From assembly GCA_036172245.1 (NCBI GenBank), contig JAYWIR010000017.1, forward strand, positions 1,922,001 through 1,986,000: a DNA stretch of 64,000 nt, in the 5' to 3' direction. This stretch comes from Raillietiella orientalis. Lineage: Eukaryota. Made by a program: the position numbers and the translations under genes. Each line of letters starts with the position of its first letter. Within the stretch, counting starts at the first letter, position 1. A model generated the notes under the pieces. That model saw only the letters and a program-made list of their open reading frames with translations, was not told where the DNA came from and made no database searches. Positions 25,401 to 40,554 of this stretch are shown here, one piece after another.

Positions 25401-28400
25401 AGTGTGCGCAAAGGCGACATGAATTTCCGTGCGACCTGTTGGGGAGCACAGCTTTCAAATAAATCATCAAGAAACAAATTGTTTTCTCTTTTTGCTTTTT
25501 ATTCTCTCGAAACACACCAAACTCACCAGAAGAGCATAAAAAGTCAACCGTGCATTTGCATGAACTGATCATCATACGAAGTTGCTACAGAAAAATTCCA
25601 CTCTCGGAGCTATCAGCAACAGTCCTGATCACGTTAATCAGTCACGATGAGTCCTGTTGTGCTCATGTGATAGTGAGCCTTCACTCTTGCATCATCCCTC
25701 AAAGTTGCAGCTAAACAGTAATTTCGTAAATACCGAAAGCGACTCTGATTTCATGCGCACGCGATGTGGCATTCATTTCTGGTTATTTCGACTTTAGCCA
25801 GGTCACCAACACAGCAGTTTTTGTTGTTGTTGTTGTTGTTGTTATTACCCTAGGAAGCATAACAGCGAATCCCTGCTGCAGGAAATCACAGGATGGAAAC
25901 GAAGTCAGTGGTACGAGCCAGTCTCACGATAGTTACGATAGCTCAGTTCATGTCATCAAGGGTGAGGCTGACAATGTCTTTCTTTTCTCAGCACACAGTT
26001 TGGTGATCTGAAGAGCATCTGTCTTCAAAAAAGATAAACTCTGTTGAAGATGTCTATTTACAGAGCTTTGCTCTCTTTGCTACAGCGTTCTCCCTCGACC
26101 ACGCGGTTACATCGCAAAGAATCCTTTTCAACTAATCTCACGATTACCGATTCTGGGTTGCTGCATTCCGGGAAGCAAATTTTTTTGAATATGAATGCGG
26201 GGATTTTCGCGACGCCACTTGCTCCCTGTAAACATCAGTATGAAAATGGACTGCTGCGAAACAGTTCCTGTGGGAGTTTGAGACTTTCCAAAAATCCAAA
26301 ACAGCGTATACATTGTTGAACCTGTGACGACTTTTCCGGAAAAAAAAAAAAAATCCTTGAACGGGACCAATGAGTCTAAACCACGTGTCCGATTAACAAA
26401 TTCACTTCGAGATCGTCACAAGAGAGACCACAGCCTTCTATAAGGTAACTTTCGTTGGGAAACGAATCCCAGGTCAGTCGTTCAAACGCTTTTGTGACGC
26501 CAGCTGTAATGGAAAGAGACCTAAATGTCACCAGTTCTAAATGGCAACGTTCCTTTGGTCTCACAACATGACTAACCTGAGCTTCCTATGTGCCACATGG
26601 TCGCAACGCTTCCTTTTCTTTCCTGTTTATTTCGGCATCGCCCATCTATGCCAAGGTAAATAAGGCCCAAACGTTGGATAATCTGTAGGGAAACAAAAAA
26701 AAAAACAAAGACCAACACACACGAGCCGACCGAATTTAAAATCGAACGCTCCGGAGTGCTCCTGAATTCGTTTCCCTAAGAGGAGCTTAGTAATCTGCTA
26801 ACTTAAACTGTTGTCATCAAATACGGCTGCGATCAGGTTTCTAGTGTCGAATTCAGCAGCTTCCCATTTTTCTAAAAAGCACTAAAGCTCTGTGTCTCGT
26901 CTCATCTCTTTAGCTGCCCTCATTATTCGTCAGACTGTTTCTCCGCAAAGAACTGAGCCAAAATTGGTTTTCAACTTCAGATGGCTATCCACTGGTGACT
27001 TCCGGAGGCTCGAAATAGTTACGATACCCGAGTTGGATGATGCGTCTTCCGCGGACTCTGTTTCCCCAAAGTGAAGGATCACTTTCCGAAAGAGACCAGT
27101 CCTCTCTAACACGTGATCACGTGATTTGTGGTATTCACCCTCCTCGGGAAATCAGTTATCTGGAGCGGCTGCCTCGGATCCCGAGATATTTCCTAATTCA
27201 CATCCTGGATCTAAAAAGTGATACGCATAAATGGAACAGACCGCTAAACGCTTGACCGCTAAATTTGTCTTTTTTCGTTTCGAAACTTCAAGGATAGCGA
27301 GAAACCTGTGGCCAATGGGTTTTCGTACCACTTAACCACATGATGCCCAGTTCGAGTGATCGCATGCAAGACGGTCAGAAAATGCATGATCCGATGCGAT
27401 TCTCTCCACCACCTACTCGTTCTCACTATTTTGATTCAGTTCGAATTGCCTCGTCAGTACAGTGCTCGCTCGATGTAGTCACCTTTGATAAGAGAAACTT
27501 TGGGCACAAGCAGCCCTTGACATGGTCAACATTTTCACTTTCCTGTCATTCGAAAGAAAAGAAACTTTTTTTTCAGTACACTAAAAGGTGCGGCTTATAT
27601 GGCAGTAGAGTCGTGCAATGGAATTCCAAAGAGCGTTATTGCAGATGCTTTTAAGCATTTGTATTCATCAACTGAAGAAGTCGAGTTGAGTTTACCGATC
27701 GGCTATTTCACTGATGAAGATCACATGCCCATGGCAACACGATCCAATCCCATAACAAGAGAGAAAACGTAGCAGGTGATTCTGAGGTTATGGAATGGGC
27801 GGAAGGCGAAAATGAATGAAATCATGTTCATGATCTTGGATACCGTTAGCAACGCTCCTATGGAGCATGCGGAAGAGAATTTAGATGGGAGTTACCATGT
27901 TCAAATATTCGATATGGACAAAGTTATTGACCACTCTTCCAGTTTAGCTATGGAGTGGTCAGAAAGTGTCTGCCTGCCTCCTGCTCATGATGTCCTCCTC
28001 CTGAGAAGAATGCGGGAAAAAGCAATCGTGAAGGAAGTTTCAATAAACTTTTATACCGTGTCATCATCATTCACCATGCAGTATCATTATGTTTCACTTT
28101 TGTCATGCTACTAAATTTGTTCATTTGATTGCAAAAATTCATGCTACTGCTGAACAATTTGGTTCCTTCCATTTCATCGTTCAAAATTAATTTTTTTCTT
28201 GATTTCGACCACCCATCTCGACACAATCAACAACATTCTATAAAGGCAACATTTTCAAAATTCGGATTCCAGCAAAGGTGACCATATCGAATGCATTCTA
28301 AATCCGTTAGCTTCAAAACGACTTGCAAATTGTCTTGTTTCACGAAACTGGAGGTATTCACCTGTACCAAGATTAAAACAGCTCGTCGTTTAAATTTTTA

Positions 28401-28674
28401 TGCAAATTTGTTTTTTTGGTTCCTCTCTTGTCCCCTGAAACTTTCGTTTTTTCCCATTTCTGAAATGTCCAGCGTAGCAACTTTGATTTCGTCTTCATCG
28501 TTTAAGGTGCGTTTTCGTCTTTACAGTTTCGGCAGCATAAACATTAGTGGAGTCATTCAAAATTCCTAAACATTAGAAAGCATATTGACACCCAAATAGT
28601 CCCATTCTCTCGTGGTGAGTCGCACTAGCTAAACGTAGAAACCAAGGGCGCCACCTAGTCAAACAAAAAACACC

Positions 28675-28719
28675 AAAGTGTTCCTTACAAAAAAAATAAA
28701 AAAAGTGTTCCTTACAAAA
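28675..28719. repeat. 18-bp direct repeat flanking a 9-nt A-rich spacer
   Basis: AAAGTGTTCCTTACAAAA at 28675-28692 and 28702-28719, with spacer AAAATAAAA. Confidence 0.8.
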
Positions 28720-31700
28720 CTATCGTGCTCTTGGAATTCCTTAGGAAGCATTGCTGATTGCAGGCGACAAAACGTGTATCCGTCTCCCTCAGATTTCAGG
28801 TAACCGAATACCAATGGAACACGAGAAGTATCCGAACATGTAGTTCCGTACTCTCCAGCTTTCAGGATATGCTACTTTCAAAACAGCGTTAAAGAAGCCT
28901 GCAATAAACACTGAACGTGCTATTTGGTCTGCTGACGTTTCATCATGCAAAAAGTCACGCCTACCCTTGCTTAAAACTAGAACCTCAGATCTTGACGAAG
29001 GTACGCACGCGTCTTTTCCGGTGTGGTTGCATAGCTACCAGCTGCAGAAACTATCGGCTCCCACATGATCTGCGAAACTACTTTATCCTTTACATACATC
29101 TCCTTGTCATATCCTTTGCGACCGCATTCCCTGATGCGTCACAAACAAGAACTGCTGCTACGTGAGATGAATTCGGGTGCACAGACGTGCAACTGCTGTG
29201 TAACTGCTGCTTCTCAACGAAAGCACTGGTATCAGCGGTGAATCCCCCCCCCCCCCTTAAAAAAAAAAACAAAAAAAAAACAAAACAAAAAAACGCGCGC
29301 GCGCCCGCACATGCATGAATGTGTGACTTCGGGAGCATTCCCGCTTGGTTCCTCGGTTTGTTTTTTGCGGTCAGAAGGCCACCGAGGTGTTCCACTTTGT
29401 TCCCACAAAGCTGCAGCCACAAGCAGGCTTCACTTCCGCAATGCAAACAAGATGCCGAAGTATTTGGCATCGCATTTGCGCCATATCCTGAAGTAACCTG
29501 ATTCCCGATAGCATGCTTGCAAATCATGGCTTGTTGATTCTGGAAAAGTAAAATTCAGCGAACGATGGAAGGGGAATTCGGAGGGTTTTAATTTTCCTGG
29601 ATGCAGGGAACGTACATGAGGACGGGGAAAATTCGTTGGTTTCATAGGGCAGCGTCTCGCGACGAAATTTGCAGGGTAGGCAGGACGAATTGGAAATCGG
29701 TAAGCGGTCCATCAAATCAGATGCCACACTCTGATAAAGAGTCAATCATGCAGTGTCATCGGACACATCTTGAGCTCAGTCAGCTGCAGCCTGATCAAAT
29801 GAGAACCACGTCTATCATTAACATTCCCTTCTAGCCGCTCAGGAGGAAAAAGTTGTAGGGTACGTGAAAAACATCTGAGGATTCCCTGTACAACGCTAGT
29901 CGTACACACTTTTTTTTTCCTCTGGTTTTTTAGATTTTTTTCCTCCCAAATACCCCGCATTTCTCGAGAAAGCGGAGGGCAGTTCGTTGCGTCCAAAACA
30001 AAATGCGAAGAATTTGCCTTGGAAAACTTTTGCGCTTCTGCTCGAGTTGGGTCGCCCTTCTCTTTATGCTCATATGAGTATCAACAGCGAGTAGCAGCAC
30101 TAAGCATGAACATGCTGCTTACTGCTGATCCAGGTTCTTGAGAGAGTACAAATAATATTAATCAGGAAATTGTTTTTTTTTCTGTAAGTGCGAAATCAAG
30201 TGGAGAGTCATAAATTCCCCACATTCACTTTAAGAAAAAAAAAAAAACAGTACTGGTAATTGCTTGTAATTTTTCAAACGATTGAAGAAATCCTCCCGAA
30301 CGGCGAATTCAAGGCAGCTATTCCGTTTGCCCGCCCTACAATTCGGTCCTGACATCCCAATGCTTTCCTCGAAAAAAGGACCAGTACGGACCAGTTGGCA
30401 TCATCGCCTTCGAACATTAATGGAACTATTGCAGTGAGCCCTGAATCGGGTCTGAGATTGCATGTACACCAGCAAAAGTCGACGGTCATTAACGGTGGCT
30501 TGGTGTTCCACATCAACTACAAACAGTCTCCCCATTGCATTCAAAGCCAATAGATGGGGAGTACGCCATGTGTCTTCATTCATACTGAGTTTTTCAGTAG
30601 ACATCGGCTTACTGTCCATTGCTAGCTCCTCTAGCAATCAAGTATGTCTTTCAGTTATGTTACATTTTCATTTGGTTTGAACATTCGTATCTCGATTTTG
30701 TGTCTCATCTAAGTTAATTGTGGTGATTTCTTGAATCTGTTGCTCTTGACAACGGAGCTCCATAAGCAGCAGAGTTTCGTGAAAAAATCAAAACAAAACA
30801 TTTCGTTCATGTATGAATTGTACGTTGCATTCACACAGTCGTCTTTGCTAGATATGTAAACTTTCCTTCCCACAAACAGCACGCAGCCATGTGGGATTCT
30901 TTCCGGAATGGCTGAAATGTGAATTCTGGATGGGAATCGATTCGTTTGTTGCGACAGAGATGAAAGTTTTTTTCTAACGGATGCTAAGATAAACAGAGGT
31001 AAATGGCTAACAAAGATAAACAGATGCTGTATTAATAAATACTGCAGAAATCTCTGCAAGGAAATTCCCAGAAAGAAATTCTGCGAAGTACTCAATTTGA
31101 TGGAAACACATGAGAAAGAAACCCAGCGACGAGGCTCAAAAATCAAGAAAGACACATACGATTGCGTCAATGCAAACTGCCTGAGGAAAATTCATGGTAA
31201 AAATTCATGAAACCGAATCCGTTACCAAGTCCCGCTCCAAATAACAGCAGCAATCCGCTATTAGACTGCTTACCAGTTTGTTAGTGACAGTGTACGTAGC
31301 TTTTCCGAATGACTTTTGTACACAAAAGCTCTTACCATGAGCACGTATTAAATGTGATAAATTGTCACTTTTTTTTTCTCCTTTACTTTTTTCTCTTTAC
31401 AGTCCGGTCTAGCCATCATATCATATGTTTGTAATGACAAAATAAAAGTCAAGGACACGTCGGGAAGAGTTGAAGCAATAAACTGAGGGTTTATTTGTTT
31501 TGAGGTACTGGTAAATACAGCAGGTGGCAAAGGGAGTGAATGAAATTACGTTGTACTGTAATGCTGGGCAACTTCAGTCTCTCGAAGATCTTTCAAGAGA
31601 CCGAAGCATGAAAGGTTAAAGCTGAAGAGTTGAAGTAGTCACGAAAATCATGCTGAAGTAGTTCACCTGTAAAGTTAGCTTTCTGTCTTGAGAATTCTCA

Positions 31701-34700
31701 GGAACTAACTCAAAGTAAGCACTGTGCACTGAAGATAAACAATGAAAGGAATAGTCAGTAGCCAAAGTCTGGAGAGGTGAAGCAGCACGAACCACAAGGA
31801 GCATGAAATGAGAATGCTAAAAAATCTGATTATTCTGCAAGGAGAGATCCAGGAGACTGGAAATATGAGAATCATCTCTTTTCCAGAAATTGAAGACGGA
31901 TAAGCAACCGAAACAACTTTATTTTAAAAAACATTAATCTTATTTCGCGACATGTGACAAGACAAGTCCCTCTAGAAATCAGTACACGAGTATCCACCCA
32001 TCCACGAAGAATAACAATTAGCACAAGGAAATAAGATGAAGATTCCGGAAAACGGAACAAGTGATCCTGAAAGATCAATAGAAAAAAGGGATAACCCGTG
32101 GTTACCGTTTGATTTCATACACCGCAAAAAAGATCAGAGAGAGAACTGTTGGTATGAACTGAAGAGAATACGCAGCTTCAACAGGAGCAAAACATCACAT
32201 GCACTGAAAGATGGATACCGGATCAGATAGAGGATATTTTACACAAAGATGAATAATTTCATGACTTTCACAGCTGTAATGTCAAGATGTAAGAAGCAAG
32301 CATGAAGCCTCTCAACACGTGAGATCCAAAATATTTTTTTGTGAGACCCTTGAGCTCGTTTGAAACTGTGCTTAAACTCATCATCATCAGCTTCCTTATG
32401 TAAATCCACAACTTTATATATTTGAAAGTAAATAATGAAAATTCCTCGTGAATAAACTTTTCCGGTCCTTTTTCTTTCAATGATCCTTCTCCGATAAGTT
32501 GCTGTCCCTGTGGAGAAAAAAAATTTTCATTTGTTTATCCAATAGCCACTTCAGTCTGGCTCCACAGAACTTGTGGTGCTGGTGGATGACAGCAAAGAGG
32601 TTGGGAAAGGGCTAAGTTGTATGGGTGCAGACAAAGAAGTTTGCCACCGAGCAGGATGCTAGCCGTAAGGGAGAACAGTTTCCCTCGAAAATGGCTGTTG
32701 CGAAGTGTGACACCAAAGTACACAACAGGTGAAAGCCTTCATAACCAATGCTGATTCATCAACTCTGCTCCCAGGTTGTGGCAGAGAAATCATTTCTAGT
32801 GAACCGTAGTGGGAGACTATGAATTAATAAAGTTTAACATTTTATATCATTTTACTTAAGCAGTTAATTATTGGCACGATCCGTGACAAGAGGAATGATG
32901 ATGTGATATACATTCAAATTAATTTTCCATGACTTTTCATTAAATACTTGTACAAGTATAGAAAAGGTGAACTTTTACCTAGATATAAATAATATGATGA
33001 GTTCAATTGAGGAATAGAAAATGGGGAGCAACAGAATTTTATAAATCTTAAATTTTGATTCAGTTTAGAAATAACCCATTACTACCGTCTTATTTAGTGT
33101 TGTTTAATGAAAGAAACTTATTTTTCTATCTCTCTTATTCGATTTCGTATGAGCTCATTTCTAGAATTGGCAACTCGAGAAATGTAACAAAAGAAGTGGT
33201 TAAAATGGGGAAATTCGAAATAATTCATAGGTTTAAAAAGATTAAAAAAAAAGAAGGAAAAGAAAATAAAACAAGAGAAGAAATCAACTGTCATGAATTT
33301 CATTCAAGAAATTGCATTGGTTGTGTTCGTTGCATACAAAACTGACCAATGCAACCCAGTTCTCGAACACTCATGCGGCTCGCTGCACCAGAAAGGTCTC
33401 CTACAAACTTTCCACTGCAACTGCTATTTGCCACCTTGCTAAATAGTCAGTCAACAAGAAGGCATACTTCACAAAACCTCCAAACACATGTGAACTTGGT
33501 GTAAAAATTCAAAATTAACGAATTTTCTTACAATCAACACTAGACTGCTGAATTCTATTTATCCTCAGCAAGAACGTGTGCAGAAGTTAAATCTTACTGA
33601 AATAGCATTAGTTAAATAGCATTCGTATCTTTCAAAGGAACATCTGCAAATCGCTAGGGCGTATCTACCAAATAATCTAAAATGTAGTGGTAGAAAAGGT
33701 ATTTGGGTATGTATTAGTAATTGAAATAATTCTTTGTTTCCATAACATAACTAAATGCGGCACCTGGCATGGTATTATGTAGAAGAATACTTCTGGTATG
33801 ATAAAAAGGTGCAGATGGATCTATGATACAACGTCAAACATTCTAGACATCCAATTCGTAAGGAGCCTGGAGAGGTCTTCATTATAAGCGAAGGATGTTC
33901 TTTCAGAGTTTTTTGATACAATTGCGTAAACACAACGTACCTCAAAAACTGAAAATGGAAAGCTTAAGAGATACGAACTTCTATTCTTGAACAACATGAG
34001 AAACACTCCATAGGTGAAATTAAAGTGTCTACCCTGAACGAAACTAAGGAACTAAAGCTCTTTTTCAAAAATACAGAATGTTCATTTGCTCAGCATGGGA
34101 CAAATCCAGCCCAAAGGAGAGCCTTCGTTTCACTGCTACGGGAAGTGGCTACTTCTACATGTTCTTTTTTGATCTGATCGTCTTTACAGTTGACATCTTC
34201 AAACCCTTTCTTCGAGAATCTAGTTTTGTACATGGTGATAATCTCTTTCTGAAAATTGTCTTGCTTTTTTCATCGATAGACCAAAGCAGTGCTTCCTGAA
34301 ATACTGGAAAGAAGATCAGGATTTGTTTACAAGCTTTGTCTTTTTGCTGGTAATACCTTTACTGGTGCATTTCACCCGCCAATGTTGTCAGCTCTAATGC
34401 AGTTCCTGATTTCTTGTACCAATGGTTCTGTACAGATTGCTCGTTTTAACTTGGGCATATAGCATTATCCTTGGGAAAAAAAAAAAAAGCTTTCTTTCTC
34501 TGCTCTTCTGTCATGGAATCAGATGCCGTCTCGTTTGCTTATTGCGATTCCCCGCAACACTAAAAGTCTTAAATTGGCTAGGTTCGTTTATTCGTCTAAC
34601 CACATGTAGCTTCTCTCTCCCATCTCAGGCTTGCACGAAAACACTATGTGTACGGTTTGCCACCAATGGATTCTTCGTCTCTTGGTGTAAATGATTTAGC

Positions 34701-37700
34701 GTTTCTCTGAAGAATGGTCATGTCACGTTGATTCTAGTTACATCCCAGTGGTGTCCACAGAGTTACACATCCCTCATAGACCCTTGAGTTTGGGAACTTA
34801 CCTATTTGTACAAAACATTAGGTCCATTATTAAAACTCACTGATTGTTTTTTTTTTTGCCCAACTAGAAAATCACTCCAGTAGGATAATTCATTATCAAA
34901 TTAAGTAATTTTCATGTTGACGCAGAAATGCGTGTTCTCAGTTCTCACTTCATGCACAATGAAACAATCCTTCTGTGTATTTTTTAAAGCTTTGTACTTG
35001 GCTCTAATACATCACGATGAAACTGTTGTTTGTGAGAAAGCCATCGCCGATTCATCGTCTTCTTAATTAGAGCATTGCCATTGAGGAACATTCAGCAGAA
35101 CTGCTGTCAGAAGTTCTCAAAGCGAACGATTCAAAAATAGGAATAATAAGGTTTCTACTTGGAGAATTCCTGAATTTAGAGAGCATTCCTGTGAGAGCGG
35201 ATGTCAGTATGATCGATGAATAGCAAACGAACCCAACCAATGCAATGCAATGAGCTTCGGAAAAAAACATAAAGCGGGAAATCAAATTGAATACGTGATT
35301 CTTTGCATGGGTTTCATCCCTTCTGAAACTTAAAGATCATAAAACTGTTTGGATCCTTCCATGGTTTGCAGTGCCACATGGATCATTGTGCGTTCATCGC
35401 AGCTTGACGAATCGTTGAATGCTGGTCAATCCCGATCCTGTTTGATCTTTCCAGGAGAATATCTATTGCAGCACACTGCATAATTGTAAAGCCGAATCCG
35501 GTTTCGCCTTCTGCACATCGTCATTCAGGTTGCTGGATCCCATGATTAGAAGCTGATGAGCCCAAACCCAACGGATCTTTTAGAACGGTCTATTCGATAT
35601 GAGCCATGTTCATGCCTATAATCTTATCAAGGTTGGCAACATTTTTCCCTTTCTAAAATCTTCTAAAATGTCTGGACTCCTGGGAAAACGAGTACCCAAA
35701 TTTCAAAAGAGCAGGACAGGAGCGACGAAAACGATGGTCCAAATGATCTAGCAATCTTTAGGTTGCATCAGCTAGATTCGCAACCGCACCGAAACTGCAG
35801 ATAAGAAAGCGGCCAATTTAGTGTTGCTTTTAAATGCCTTATAATTAATAGTGAGTATTTTTCACAATATGATGTTTGAAAGAATAAAAAAAAACGAAGA
35901 AATGATAAAAGTAAATTATTTTAGTCCTTCCTTTAATCTGATGTTCTTTTTGAATGAATTCTCAGGCAGATCTTCGTTCGATCTTTGTTTTCATCCCTAA
36001 AACTAAGAACCGACCAAGGACTACTCCATGTACATTTGTACATGGAGTAGATATTTGAGCTTGCAAAATCCCAAGACTGAGCTGATGCGGTTCGCATACG
36101 TGCGTCCTCAATTACTAAACTGATACAGAAGCTGTAAGCGGGAGATAGTCTTCTCCATAACTTCCTTGTATCTTGTAGCCTCAGATAGAGAAATGCAGTC
36201 AATTGGAAAAACAAGTGCATGGAACTAAAATAAAAGACTGTTGTTCTTTTCGCACTTGCACATCTGAATTGAGCCTAAAGCTTCGAATTTTTTTTTTGCT
36301 CTCAATCGCTTATAAAACCCTTACCCAAAGAGCAACAGAGGCAATTAACTTAACCGCAGCCTTCTCCCTAAACTTGCACCTCGTTTCTATGCTAAAACAC
36401 GTAAGAGGATCAGAAATTCCCTCACATGTTCCTGAGCTGGTTTAAGCTTCACTGCTACAACTTAATGATGGGAAGATTTGGGAAGATTGCAAAACTCTCA
36501 CTTTTCTGTAGAGTTGCTACTGATTTCACACTCTGATATATACCATCTCTTACACTTCTGATCCAGCCAACGTTATTGCTATATTATTTGCTTTCAGATG
36601 TGAACCTGGAAAATTTTATTTTGTGATTCATTTCTGTAAATTTGGGAAGGATGGTGGCAAATGAATACCAAAAAAAAAAAGCAGAGCACAACTCAACTCT
36701 CAAAGAAGCTTAAGTGGGCGCTTGTCCACCTCGACCGAACGCGTTGTCTTTACTTTCCGACTATCCTGTTGACATGATTTCCAGGATGAAAACTTGAAAT
36801 GGCAAACACTGATCAGATAGCTCGCTCACTTTTTTTTTTTGGGGGGGAAAAGAGGTCATTTCTTGAATACTGAAGGGCCTTTCATGCTAAACGAACTCTA
36901 GTTTGCATTTTGAACTTTAATCAATGAGGTCTTCAGCTTAGAAAGCATCCCAAGTAAGTACTTTTATGGCTGATAAAAAATTTAAATAGCCTCTTCTAAT
37001 CGACTTTTTCATTCACTGATTGTTCCGCATTTAAACTGCAATCTTCATCATTATTTGCATGTAAGGATTCCGTATAATTGCTTACCGAAGTTTGTATTTG
37101 TCACCTAAAAAGTATTCACACAAGGCATCATCATCATTTCGGACGGCATCTGAGCAGATCACAGCTTTCTCTAGGGTGCACGAAGATTCCCATACAGTAT
37201 ATGAGAATCTTTCTATCAAGCATTTCGTCAGTGCAGGTCTCGGGAGAAAAAGTGCCCGATGCTTTCGTCGTTCTCAGTCAGCCACTTCATCCAGAAAGGT
37301 TTTGAAGTATCTTCCCAACTTTACCACAGAGAGCCAGCCACTTCTCACAGATGACAAATCCGAGAAGCATTTAAGTATTAGAGGACATATTCATAACGGA
37401 ACTCGAAAAAGTGTATAACACTCGAATAATTACGAGACTCATAGTCCTAATAGTTGACTCAAAGCAAACGGATTCACATGTTGGATCATTTTCTCTTGAA
37501 GAACGGTTACGTGCGTACTTTGAGCGCTCCACATGCGGAGCGTTAATGGCATTGATCCATCTATTTAACGTGGACTCAAGTGATGAACGTGGGTAGGTGG
37601 CTTGCAGGGTAGAACATAACCACAAAGAGTTCAGGAGATAGCATATCAGTGTGTTTTGATTACTAAAGTCCATCAAATTGCAACTACTACTCCTTAATGC

Positions 37701-40554
37701 GCTTGAAACGTTCTCCAAAGACTACACAGAATTTAACAGCTTTCTGATGACGTGCCAAGAGTTTTTCCGAGCATGAGCTGTGTGTCGAGTGTCTTCTCCT
37801 CCATTCATTGCCTTTTTTTAAAATAACTTGATTGCTCATTTTAAGGAGAAATTTCTCAAGTGGCTTTTTTGGGGGTTATGAATTTTCTCTCCAGACATGG
37901 GTTTCATCTGTAAATTTTGAAGCAGCTAGTTTATGTTTTCTCTTCCTTGATGAACGGGGCTTCCGCTTAGACAAAGAAAATTTTCCTCTCCCTCATTCCG
38001 AAACCCTGGAGTATGCTTGTGATTTTTTTTCCCCCTTTGCAGTTCTTATTAATCAAAGCTTTGCTTCATTTAGAAATGTCTGAATAACGGATGTCCGATT
38101 CTTCTGATCCCCTAGAATCCATCTACATCCTCTTGAAACCCTTTTTGGGAATCTGAGTTTTTTGTCATGCGCAACACAGTACACGTTATCAACCCTTCTG
38201 CATGTGGAACATCGCTTCCACTTGCCAATTTCCACAGGCTTTTTCAGTGACTGAAGAGCTTCGTCACTGCTGCTTTCCTGTGCAACCTAGACGGGGCTAC
38301 AGAAAGTACTTGACAGTCATTCGTAAGAAAAAGTGGTTGCTATTTACAGGAGGTTTTTTTTACTTCCTCGCTTTCCGAATAGGCATTCGGTAGGATGTTT
38401 CAGCTTCACGGCGTGGAGTCAGAGCCGCAGACTGGGGATCCTATATTCGAACATTACATGCACATTTTTGATCAGGCTATGCTATATACAGCCTCACACT
38501 ACACCCATCTGAAAGGATCCAGCATGAAGAAGCGAGCACTTTCCTGTGAAGCTCCAGAGTGATCTGCCCGAGACTCATAGCATCTTACGTTCCTCGAAAG
38601 CACGAGTTGATTTGGTTTCATGCGTCAGGATTGTCTTTGTGTTTCCTATACCCACAATTGTTCCCACGACCTGTTTTCTGATACCATCGGAATCAACAAG
38701 GAGATGTCAGTCGCAAACTCCCATCTGGAGTAGAAAAATGAAGGCACAGAAGATCAGAGGAGTCTAACCAACAACACTTCTTTTGTTCCCACAACGTTAC
38801 CTTAATTATGTGAAACGCAATTAAGATCTGATAATTATCAGTCAAGTTTCTTCCCACGTGTGCTTTCTGTGAAAGGGCAGTTTTTTCTGAATATCCAAAC
38901 GTAGCATATGATCCGAGTCTTTCTCATGGAGAAAAAAAGATTATAGATACACACTATAATTACAAACACGACTTTAAGATTATTATGAGTGATATTTGAA
39001 GCACTCTCGTACATATTTCAAAAATGAATTACCTGATAATCTGGAGGTAATTTGCAGACATATTTCCACAGTGTTTAAGTAGCTGCGTTTTCGCTCATAA
39101 CAGTTACACAAACTCTATTGGCATCGCCCATTATAAACTATTAGCGAACTGACACTGCAATCTTACAATTACCTCCCAACAGCAAATTGGAGCATACATT
39201 ACACAATTATGAGTGCATAAGTTTAGGGCTCTAATTTTGCATTTAGAAGAGAAAACTCGTGATATGATCTGTTGTTTACATTGGAAGATGACTGCCCCTC
39301 CAGCCGTGGAAATCTCTCATTTGTTTGCATTGAGGTTTTCATTTTTTTTTCTTCTCTTTCTTCTGGAGGGAAACACGTCAGTGTGTGTCATGTTTCATCG
39401 GTGAAGTTTTACAAAAAAATCTGTCCTGTGTTTTCGTTCCATTGATGTATATGCTTTGTGTTGCTCCTTAAATAACGCTCCGATTCTGTCCATTGTGTAC
39501 ACTATGATAAAATTTGCGTTTTACGAAAAGAACTATCTCGTAATGATCGCGAGGAAATCCTCATACAGAAGCAACGAAGAGAAAACTGCCAAACACTCAA
39601 CCAGACTCTTTCAGCTTTTGTTATAAATGAGAACGAATGATATTCAGACGGTTGTGTTTGACTCAATCTTGAGGACGAGTGTTGCATACTACAGTAATAG
39701 CATTCAGAAAAACAAAATCCAGCTAGGCAAATTGGAAAGCTTAGTGGTTTCGCGCATCGTGTTTTTTTGTAAATGTCCTGAAGAGATATGCACGAAGCGA
39801 GCACACCACGACATTAAAATGCCCCGCATTTTAAGTGTATCTCTTTGATCCATTCTAAAATCACCACACGTAACTGAAAGCCCTCTTTGCTCCATCTGAA
39901 TGACCTTTGTATGTACTATGTCTTCGGTATGTTTTCGGCGCATCGACCAACTGGAATCGTTTTGCACGAAAGCACTTCCGCGGTTCAAATAGCGAATTCT
40001 TTCACCGTTGCCTTCCTGGAGTAATCGAACTGCGAATTCTCCTTATTTGATCTGGATTCATCTACTCATCTTGCGATTCTTTCTACTTGGTCTGGTTGTT
40101 AATCAGCGTGGAGCTCGGAAGTCTTCTCGAAGAAAAACAGTGGTGACCCACTTATCAAGCGTATCGATATCTTCCAAAAAGAAATACTCCCACAGCAACA
40201 GTAGTAAGGAAGAAAACACTGACAAAAAGCTTTTGAGGAGATTTGCAAGTCACTAATCAAAGGAACGCATCTGAACTCGCCCAAGACATAACCGAAACAT
40301 TGATTCAAGAATCTGGAAAAAAATTCAGAAATTTGGAAAGACCCCTTCAAAAACAACTTCAAAGTGATCAAGGGTATTACCATTTCAAACCACAAGTAGA
40401 ATAAGTGCTTCAGCTTTGCTTAATAATCTTAGTAAAACAGATACCAAATGTTTCGAATGAAACGAACCTCCAAAACTTTCCTCAGAATCACTTCTGGTCT
40501 TCACAATATTTGCCCAGCTCAACAGCATGCCTTTAAAACGGTAGAGTTGAGTAG

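Noticed and set aside
29244..29310. Poly-C, poly-A and CG run as a retro-insertion tail
   Set aside because: No TSD or element body was found, so it is treated as simple low-complexity sequence.
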